A stretch of 64,000 nt of DNA from positions 434,001-498,000 of the forward strand of contig VJWM01000063.1 in the NCBI GenBank assembly GCA_010909165.1, given 5' to 3'. The notes beneath the pieces were generated by a model. That model saw nothing but the letters and a program-made list of their open reading frames with translations. It did no database searches and was not told the origin of the DNA. This stretch comes from Anthoceros angustus. Lineage: Eukaryota > Plantae > Anthocerotophyta. The translations under genes and the position numbers were made by a program. Below, one piece after another: positions 23,811 to 33,710 of the stretch (the stretch's first letter is position 1; every line of letters starts with the position of its first letter).

Positions 23811-26550
23811 CCACATATAAAGAAGCCCTATCAGCCCTACAAAGTCGAATGGCAAAAAGCCATCGATTCAATACAATAGCCTCATCACAAATCACACTTG
23901 GGAGTCGGTGACCTTACCTCCGGATAGACGCCCATTACATCCAAATGGGTGTTTAAGTTGAAGCTAAATCCAGATGGTACGGTTGCTCGGTTTAAAGCTC
24001 GCCTAGTGGCCCGGCTATACCAAGTTCGTGGTTTGACTATACGTAAAACTTTCATCCGTGAAGCCGACATCTATGCGGATTCTTTTGAGTTATGCTGTAA
24101 AACACAAGCTCCTTGTCCACCGGATGGACGTTAAGACGGCCTTTTAAACGGAGAACTAAAGGAGACTATTTACATGAATGAACCGGAAGGCTACATTACG
24201 ATCCAACTAAGGTATGTCACCATCAAATCTATATACTGATCGAACAAGCAAGAATGTGGAATGCAAGAGCCGACAAGTTACTGTTTGGTTTCAGACTCTC
24301 ACCGCAGATCGCAGTGTATATGTAATGAAGAGAACTAACCATTTTGTATCATTGCAATCGTATGTTGATGATAATTTTCTCTTTGCTAGTGATTCCAACA
24401 TTTTGGCGAAATGAAAGAAGCCCCACAAGAATGGGACATGACCGATGTAGGTCCTTGAAGTTCGCCTTAGGCATCCAGTTTAGCTTTAGCCTCGATAGGA
24501 CTGTGTCACCATCCATCGTGCACACTTCATAAGACAAGCATCGTCCAAATTCAATCTTTCAACATTACATCCTGTCACTACCCTATAGCATCCGGAGAGA
24601 AGTTATCCATCGAGGACCGCCCAACAACTAGCAGACTTTGCGAAATGGCAAAGGTACCCTATAGAAGCGAGGTAGTCTCTTGTACTTGGCTGGTTGGACT
24701 CCCGGACATCTCCCAGTAGGTGTCGTGTCCGCTTCCTCTCAAACCAGTCAAGCGGACTGGCCAAAAGAATCTGCGTTATCCGCAAGGGATAATTTTCTAT
24801 GAAATATACACCGGAAGTGGTATACTTACTTTATTCGATGCAGGCTGGTGATGTGGATTCGAGGAAATCCATCACTGCATATTGTCTCGCATTATGTGGA
24901 TCCGCCATCGTTGGCAATCTAAGAAACTTATAACAAGGAGCCTCTCCTCGATCGAGGCGGAACACGGAGCCCTATCACTTGCAAGACGTGAAATCATATG
25001 GGTCCGTCAATTCATGGAGGGCATTCACGGAAGCAACAGCAGCCACAATATTAGCATGCGATAATCACCTATTGCTCTCACAAATAATCCTATCCTTCAT
25101 GCACGATCGAAACACATTGAGATACGCCCATTTTATTCACAAGAGAAACAGCGTGATCCAGCTTCAATATGTGCACACGAGAATGTTGCGACTTGACTAA
25201 GGGCCTTCCTAAGGCAACCCATGAACAACATCGCAGACATTGGGCTTGACGGGACAAGAACTTATCTCGAAAACAAGCAAGATGCCATCGCAATGCAAAT
25301 TTCTAAGGTTTAGATGCGGCATTTGGGAATCCACAGAGAACACATCTCCGTGTGTTACGCACGCTTATTGGAGCCTATCCCGCATCACCTACACACACAC
25401 ATGAATCACCCCGGATGAAGCATCAAGGTAAACAAATCAGACTCACGAAGCATCTAGCTTTATTGCCATATCAATGCTGCGGGCATGAGTTATGACCACG
25501 GAAGAGGCACGCGCCTATTACCAGCATTTCTCTTTGCGCAGATCTTCACACATTGTAGATGCTTGGGGTCCGCTTCACCTTAATCACCTTGCGGTGAGGA
25601 TGGGACTTAGGAGGGCGATCCGCGGTGCACAAGCCATAGTGGGGGCGCGATTCGAGTGAGTTCGCGACTCAAGCTAAGAATGTGAAGACCGTGGATCTTA
25701 GCGCTTCACCTCAAGCCACCGACGGGATAAGGTTGGCGTTAGGTCCGAGGGGGCGTGTTAGATTGGCAATTACCTAATCGACACTAACCCAATATCGCTT
25801 CGTAATTAACTTAGGTTAAAAGCAGTTTACAACACTTTTTGTTTAATGCTTCTTTGAACCTCAATGAAGATATCTGCTTTGCCTACGCTCGCGTTTTTCT
25901 GGTCTCGATCATGGATGCACGGCTCAGTGGCTACGCTGAGCAACCACGATAGCCACCAGTGTTGCTGGTCCAAATCTGCTGACCGGAATGATATGGGTGC
26001 AGCACAAGGTTGCAATCGTGCTGGAGGTCCAGCCTGAGGTGGAAAGCACCATTGAACTCGCCGCCCAGTATCCACCCCGACCTCATCATATGCTGTCACC
26101 TTCATACAGAACAGGGATCCTGGAAGAGGTAGTCATCTGCTGTCGCAACGCCAGGCGCTGATCCTGGTATCAGTGGAACTGCCACTGCCATGAGAGCCAT
26201 TGCCACCCACCTCAGCATGAGCGACGCCATGGCCTGAGTGAGAGTGATTTCTAACTTGCTACCATGTATGCCAGGATTTAAGAGCCGGCGGTGATACAGG
26301 CGGCTACGTCGTGATCTCCTCATGGGAGCTATGGCCGTGTTCGGATATCACACCATACCATACCATATATTAAAGGAGGTTTCGCACCTTACGACTCGCA
26401 CAAGGCAAATCGACATGATACATGCATCATGGGTCCTGTTTCCATTGTTAGTCGGACATTGGTCGAAACCCTTCAAAGGCCAAAAAACAAAAAAAAGGAG
26501 AGTGAAGCTTGAAAATGGCCTTCGCATAGATTTAGCGAAAGTGTCGAGCG

Positions 26551-26700
26551 TGTTGGTTCCTTCCACAAGAACTTCAGCCTCTTCCTTTCCTAGTGTCGGG
26601 CATGTTGGTTCCTCTCACAAGAACTATAGCCTCTTCCTTTCCTAGTGTCAGGCGTCTTGTTCCTCTTACTAAAACTATACCCTCTTCCTTTCCTAGCCTC
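26551..26700. repeat. ~52-bp tandem repeat x3
   Basis: TTGGTTCCT..CACAAGAACT..AGCCTCTTCCTTTCCTAG repeated three times. Confidence 0.8.
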
Positions 26701-29639
26701 TTCCTCTTAAGGAAGATATCTGACGTCATGCTAAACTACCTCAGTCAATCTTCAACTCGTCTCAAATTTGCCAAAGGCCAACGACAACGCCCGATTTTCT
26801 TCCTCCAAGCGCCAAGGACAATTCTTCTATGTATGTCTTGCATGCGCTCCCGAAGGCACAAAAACCACTTCCTCCTCTCGAGCGCGCAATTCTCCCAGAC
26901 TTCCTTCTCGCAGTTGATTCCTCCGTGCCGCTCGCAACTCTCTTGGTGAAGTATATGGAGATGACCTTCCTCCGGATGCTCTTCGTTCACCATGTCCTCC
27001 GTCATCATCGACATCTTCACACTCCATTCGAACAAAGAAAAACTCACAACCCACTCCCCGCAACGGCACAAAATGTGGCGGAGGTTCTCGGGACCCCAAC
27101 CCTCACTATAGCGCCACACTTAACACGATAAATTTGCAAGGGGGTGAATATACACGTTGAGGGTTGAGTGTCTTTTATCCTCCGAAGAGGGTTCCACATG
27201 GGTGTAAAACATGCGTATACGGGGATTCCCATCAAATGTAGCACCAAAACATGGTATCCCACCATTGGTTGTATTGTGTTGCCGATTGTCAGACGCATGT
27301 GAAGGGTTTCGACATTCCAGAACTTTACCCTTTCCCTTATAATCGGACCCATGTGGTGGACCGTTCGTGCCGGTGTTCTGCAGGTTATTCCTCCCTTTCA
27401 AGTAGGGTTCTAAGTGAGAACATCGAAGTAAGCTCTTTAGATGTGGTCTTAAATAGTCAATGCACACGTTTCCAGAGAAGTGTGGGGAGAGGATGCCGGC
27501 CGGCCGGTGCCCTCTCCCCATAGTCTTAGGTGCAACCTCGAAGGACATAGTGCACGGCTCCTGTTCTCGCTTCCCACGCGCTATTTCAGGAATGCCCCTC
27601 CCCTCGTTCTGGTCTTTGCAACGACAGTGGTTGCTGGATATGTTTGGAAGTGGAATGAGCATCACATGGAACTCACCCCAGTACGTTTAATTGACGTCCA
27701 TTACGCTGAAAACTGCCACCGACAACCGCAAGGTCATGCAACGTCCCCTTTCCCTATCCATTGCAGTATAACCAAGAATGGCGGAAAGTGCGAAAGTGTT
27801 GGAAAGGAACGCCAGTGCCGTGAAAGCAACATAAGAGCCTGTATCTGTATGCAAAAAATTGAAAAACTCTGGAAGGTGTGCCACACGAGGAACTATAACA
27901 AAAAAACCATTCAGACCCACGCAGTCTACATAGGAATAGTTTCCCTCCAAACCAACACGTTTTGTATTCACTCTCTGCATGTTTTGCAAAAGTATATTCT
28001 CCACCTATTACAGAGCCCGTTTGTGTCGTCACATCCGTCCTACTCATCCACTCCAGTTACACCCACCGGAGCGAAGCCAATTCCTCGCTTATTCGCTCTT
28101 TCCGCCCAATGCACTCAAGTGTGTTCTATAAATCCTTCATTCATTTAACTTATTCCTCGATAGCTTTTTGTCCACGTAGATGTTTCCGTGACGTGAGGTT
28201 AAATCCGTAGTAAAGTATTACCGTTTCGTTTACATATAGCTCCTGTATATTTTTGGGATATAACCCCTTCTGCCCTTTCTTAGTTGCGTTCATGACCGGT
28301 TGGTGATTATGCCCTCGTACTATATACTCTTCCACATAACGCCCTTCAAACGCATCTGTATGCTCGGTTCTATACCAATGGACAAGGAAGTGGGGACGTG
28401 GGGCACCAAGTCTGACATCGGCTACCCTCCCTATCCAAAATGGTCTGTTGTGAGTGTCTGTGTGGCATGATGTTGCAATGAACCATCCTTTCTTGATTTC
28501 CGTTACATCCCCATTCGCATGCCATTTCCTGGCGGCCAACGCTTTGCATGCTCCCAAATACATATCCTTACCGTAGGTCCTCATCAAAGCTTCCTCGAGC
28601 AATGCTTCGTCAGGGACATGAAGAGGTGAAGCTGTCACCTCTACATCAGTTCTGGAATACCATTTCCATGGTTCTTGCAAGGCTAACCCGATATTATTTT
28701 CCACAATGACAGCAATCTCCTCTTGGTCCTTCTAGAAAGCTTCCCACCGCCCACTCAACCGCCACATCACATTGCCTCAAAGCGTAAAGCCCAAATTTTC
28801 AAATGAACGACTCCTTCAGTTGGCCTTAACTGGACGGAGTGCACATGCGTGATACTAATCTCCACTTGGGTTTAGTGTTTGATTAGCATTAGTTAATCTA
28901 ATTACTTATCTTTAAGTAAGTAATTAGTGTTAATTAATCTAAGGTGCTTATGCTAATTAAGCATTGATTAGTGTTAATTAAACTAATGTGCTTATGCTAA
29001 TTAAGCATTGATTAGTGTTAATTAATCTAATGTGCTTATGTTAATTAAGCATTGATTAGTGTTAATTAAACATGGTTAGCAATAGCTAAGTGGATAAGCT
29101 CAAGTAATATGCTTTGGCATATTCCTTGCATATTATAGTGTATTCTTAGGATACAATAGCTGGATAAGCTCAAGTAATATGCTTTGGCATATTCCTTGCA
29201 TATTATAGTGTATTCTTAGGATATTTCTGCATACCGATGCCAATAGGATATCTTAGAATATGATGCCAGGTCTAGTATATATAGACCCTTCCATTGAGGA
29301 CAAGCGATCATAGCTTGTCCTCTAGATATGCAATGCAAGAGCGTTGTGAGGCCAAAGCTATGACCGAGAGCGATGTGTGAGGAATTTGCGTGTTGTTCTC
29401 GTGGGAGAGTGTGTTTGTGCCACGACGCAGCTACTCCCTCCTGTTGATCTCAGGCACGCCAGCGATGTGCTTAGCTGTGCGCCAGCGATGCTAGGCGATG
29501 CCAGTGACGCGATGCCAGCGATGCTAGGCGATGCTAGCGATAGGCCATGCTAGGTGATGCCAAGCGACCCTAGGCCATGCTAGGCTAGGCGAGGCTACGC
29601 GAGGCAACGCTAGCTTTAAGCAGGCAAGGGACTCTCAAG

Positions 29640-29950
29640 TGTGCCCAAGGCTTGAGGCCAGAGGGGACCAAGCCCAAGGCAGAGGAGGAGAAGAAGCTCG
29701 CCAAGGCCAGAGGAGGCGAAGCCCAAGCCAAGGCCAAGGAGAGGAGGCGAAGAAGCCCAAGTCCAAGGCCAAGGAGAGGAGGCGAAGAAGCCCAAGTCCA
29801 AGGCCAAGGAGAGAGGAGAAGAAGCCCAAGCCCAAGGAGAGGAGGCGAAGAAGCCCAAGTCCAAGGAGAGAGGAGGCGAAGAAGCCCAAGTCCAAGGCCA
29901 AGGAGAGGAGAGAAGAAGGCAAGAAGCCCTACCAAGGAGAGGAATGAGGC
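29640..29950. repeat. Purine-rich ~40-bp tandem array in the gypsy leader
   Basis: About 7 copies of CCAAGGAGAGGAGGCGAAGAAGCCCAAG(T/C)CCAAGG; one more related copy in gag at ~30750-30805. Confidence 0.85.
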
Positions 29951-30102
29951 CTCCAGGGGCCTTTTAAGGCCAACCAACCAAGGGAGAAACAAGAGTATTT
30001 TACTCTTGGGCCCGGATTCCAAGGGATAAGGGAAGCGGATAGACATGGGTATGTCATCAGTCCATTTGATTTCACTTTCTGTCCAAAAGTCCTAGTTAGC
30101 CG

Positions 30103-30152
30103 CACCCCATCCAGGTACTGATCCACCACGGTGCTTAACTGGAGTTCCTATG
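30103..30152 (-). promoter_or_regulatory. 5S rRNA-derived segment (A-box / C-box-like Pol III internal control region)
   Basis: Minus strand reads CATAG GAACTCC AGTTAAGC accgtggtggatc AGTAC ct GGATGGGGTG, versus plant 5S CATCA GAACTCCGC AGTTAAGC gtgcttgggcgagagt AGTAC ta GGATGGGTG. Partial; not a full 5S gene. Confidence 0.7.
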
Positions 30153-32809
30153 CCTTTGCTATCCAACTCACCCAGCTCACATTTTTGAGTAGCCTGCAGA
30201 GTATTTGTATGCGATTTTAACATGCATAGATACTTAGAGGTTTCACTAATCACGATCTAAGATAGCGGGTGTGTTAACCTTGATTAAGGGTTTGATCTAG
30301 CCACTAACCGCCTGGAGTGCATGCCTGGACACACTCGATCCGGACGGAGCTACCAACCAGCAAGTCCATCAGAGCGAATTCGAAGTCCCGACCAAGAGGG
30401 AGAAGTGCGAACACCTCGATTTTGGTACCACCGAAGGACGCGGAGGAACCCAGCGACACAATCAACAATCTTTGAAGGATCTGTGAGTGGCAACACACAA
30501 GACACGTTAGTGCTGCCGGGACAACTCAGCGGAAGCGACAGCGAGGAGGACTTGTCTCTTGGAGTCGTCAAGATGGGAGGAGACAAGGATCGAATGGAGT
30601 TGTTCACAGAAGCGGCACCTTGCCACCGGAGGACTTCATCGAGAAGTACGGTGTGTGGAGATGGAATTGAAGACCGGATACACGAAGCGATACGGCTTCA
30701 TCCAAATGCCAAGTACTTGGGGATGAAGCATTGGCGTGCTATCGCGAGCACAAGGCGAGAGAGGAGGCGAAGCCCAAGGCCAGAGGAGGAGAAGAAGCCC
30801 AAGGAGAACTGCAGACGGAGCGTGGCACCGAGTGGGCACGATCCCATCGAAGAGATGTTTGACATCTTCCTACCGGAGTTTCGCAAGCACGGATGAGAAG
30901 ATCTCCGATGACACTTCAAGATGAAGTCAGCGAGACCGCAAGATGGCTTATCAAGAATCGACCTGGTACGTGACACCAAGATCATGAGTGACCGATCGCC
31001 GCAGAGAAGTACTTGGCATTGCCATATGCACGTGCATGAAGGTGCAACAAGCGGTGCACAAAGACGGCGGGGCAACACTACACCCTCAAGGAAGTGAGAT
31101 GGTCGACAAGATAGGGCCCGACACTTTCTCGTGGTCTTGCAAGTGATTACTCCAGACAAGTAGGAGTGGTGGACGACATGACCGACGCGGAGGTCGAGTG
31201 GAGGAGCTCGGCGAGACAAGCCCCCAGCCCCAAGTGACGAGCCCTGCGTGAGGTGCCGAGGACGGACCATTCCCTCATGAGTGCGAGCATGCATTCGGAG
31301 GAGTCAAGGGTGAGGAGCCATGCCCTAGGTGTGGGAGGTACGGCACAATGAAGCGGCATGTTGGGAGAAGCATCCGAATTGCGGCCTCACGGGTTATCGA
31401 AAAGCAACCCCGGCCAATGCATCTGCCACAACCTCATCCACAAAATCAAGAGCAAAGGCGCGTGGAGGAGGCACCGCAAGTCCCGTGGACAAAAGAAACG
31501 GAAGCATCAAAGAAGACGATGGCCTACGTGGCACGCCTTGCAAAGCCGGAGAAGTTGGTGCGGAAGGCGAAGATCAAGGAGAGCAGTAGTTCATCATCAG
31601 AGGACGAAGAAGATGAGCACAAGCTTGGATACATGGCGACTGTGATCAGATCCAAGGGCAAGGGGAAGAAACCTCTGGCAGCTACGATAGCTCGGAGGAA
31701 GAAGAGGACGTCTTGACACCTGCAGTGCGGAAGACACGGAAGGAAGCTTCGGGATCCTCTTCCCGAACCTATGCCAAGATGCCAAAGTCGTTTGAGCCAT
31801 TGCCAGGAGCAACGTGGGAGCAACATCAAAGTCCAGTGGGCGATGTGGAGAAACCCATGCAGATTGTCGACGGAGACGATGGCACAAAAGCTTCTGGAGA
31901 TGCCATGTTTCAGCCTACAAGACATGGGGTTGAGCGCGAAGGAAGTCAGGGGTTTGACTCGAATAATGTTGACAATCCTTGAAGACGAAGCAAGTGTCGA
32001 CAATGTGCCACAGGAGGTAGCAATGATGTCACTGCTGACCTCCGAACCAAGCATCTCTGTAGAGAATCGGAATGCTGCACGAGTGGGGGTGGCTTTGGTC
32101 AACAATTGGGAGAGGCACATTGAAATCAATGAATTCGCACCAAGGAGGGTGTTGATTGACACCGGAGCAACCGGTGATCGTTGGAAGAAGAGTGAAGGAA
32201 GCGTTGGGTCTCCACCAAGAAAGGTTGAAGGAAACCAAGTGGAAGATCCAGATCATGGGACCACGGAGCATGTGTTGGGGTGACAAGGTACAAGCTGAAG
32301 GTTTCATTCAAACCAAGAATGCAGACTTCACCTTTGTCGAGGTACACCGCTGGTCACCACATTTTGATGTCTTGGGAGCGGACGCTTTGTACAAACCTCG
32401 AGTCATGGTGGATTTGTGGACGGAGACATACTATCGACCAGTGGAGAAGCCGGAGCAAAACCGATGAACGGATTGTGATCCCTCCGCATGCATGGCAAGG
32501 ATCATGAGAACCTCATTGCCAGCGTCTACCCAGTGTTTGGCGCCAGAGTGAAGGACACGCCATACGTGCTTGAACCTCTTGGCGTGTGAAACAACGACCG
32601 ATGGAGGATTTCGACGAGGAGGAGGAAAACAAGCTAGGGTTGCAACCACCCTCGGAGGAGGTTCTTCAAGTCACTCGGACGGAGTGACTGCAGCAATGAG
32701 CCGTGCAAAGCTGTGGAGGATGGTGCAAGAGGACCAAGGTCCTATGAGCCGAGAACTCAAAGTTCTTGCCTAGGGTTGAGCCTGTTGTGACCTAAACACC
32801 GGTCATCAC

Positions 32810-33710
32810 ATGGCGACCTCGGAAGACGGCATAGTGCTCGTGGAACTCTTTGGAGGCATCGCCAGCGTGCTAAAGTGTGGCATCAAAGTGCGAAGATCGT
32901 GCATTGTGACCCGGATCCAAAAGCAAGGATTGTGTCACGTGTAAGAGACTTGATGGGGAGTACCTAACCTCGACGTGGGAGTCGGTGAAGGGTTACCGAG
33001 GCGCCGATGGATGTTCGCATGATAGGGTTGTCCCATTTGAGTTGTCTTGGGCAACCGGTGGACCTTGTCATCGCAGTTGGGAGTGTCAAGGACTATCCTC
33101 TGCAGTAAGGGTCAAGGTCCAAGGATCCACGAACAAAGCATTGTTCTATGACTGATGAGGATCTTGCGCTTGATCCAAGGGCAAGAAAGGCCTTGTGGAT
33201 ACATGTTGGAGAATGTGCCAAGATGCATGAGCGTGAAGAAGCAAGTTCGGAGGACTTTGCCACGATCCGAGGAGTGTTGGGTCGAGCTTCTATTGGATGC
33301 ACTCAATTTGGTTCGAGGGCTCATAGGTTGAGGTCCATGTGGACTAACCTTGCTCCTTGGAACATTTGAAGTGTGCGAGGTCGCTCACCAAGCGACCTAA
33401 TCATGTTGTCAAGGATGTGCTAGCATCGGAAGGCATGCCCAACAAGTCATCAAGATCGACAAGCCGCACTTCCGTGAACACGCCTGACACCCCATGGCGG
33501 CTTGGCCAACCTTTGTGTCTAAGTCCAAGTCTTACGCCTTCAGGAACCATGGCCCCGGGTTGTGGTACATGGCGAGGTTTTGGGAGAGCCAACAACCAGG
33601 AGAGGAGTTGGCCATGGGATTTGATGCCGAGCCAGAGACACCGGAGTGACCGAAGGAAGGTCGATTGCTTGGGCAAGCATTTGACGTGAACATGATGACT
33701 GGTTGTTTAG
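32810..33710 (+). pseudogene. C5-cytosine DNA methyltransferase domain within gypsy pol (frameshifted)
   Basis: Ordered motifs across frameshifts: I VLVELFGGI; II GIKVRR..CDPD; III PMDV; IV VDLVIA.WECQGLSSA.KGQG (Cys at 33084); V DPR..LFYD; VI YMLENV (~33209); VIII QFGSRAHRLRSMWTNL; IX EP...ERELAMGF; X LLGQAFDVN (~33671). Confidence 0.9.

Larger units (their letters stand above)
18184..25951 (+). mobile_element. Ty1/copia LTR retrotransposon, both LTRs present, coding region degenerate
   Basis: LTRs 18184-18383 and 25756-25951 (TGTT...GATA); TSD GCCAC (18179-18183, 25952-25956); PBS TGGTATCGAGC at 18384 (tRNA-iMet type); PPT GAGGGGGCG. Fragments in copia order: gag (MKESDSVEHHLHKFRSML), pre-integrase (LWHHRL), integrase (VHIDICGPM), RT (WVFKLKLNPDGTVARFKARLVAR; YVDD), RNase H (SSIEAEHGAL). 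Confidence 0.95.
18013..26230 (-). pseudogene. GNA-type mannose-binding (bulb) lectin gene split by a copia insertion; coding parts 26230-25952 and 18183-18013
   Basis: With the insertion removed, the minus strand reads MASLMLRWVAMALMAVAVP (signal peptide)...LQHDCNLVLHPYHSGQQIWTSNTGG|QANDCTLVMQYDCNAVL...SGTAGHGSGCRFVVQADGNAVVYDGNGVALYRG*. This gives three QxDxNxV motifs, with several 1-nt frameshifts. Confidence 0.88.

Noticed and set aside
13555-26548. Calling the MOT1 unit a Pack-MULE
   Set aside because: No 8-11 bp TSD or MULE-type termini found at the outer ends, and the arms are lectin gene sequence. Kept only as an inverted duplication.
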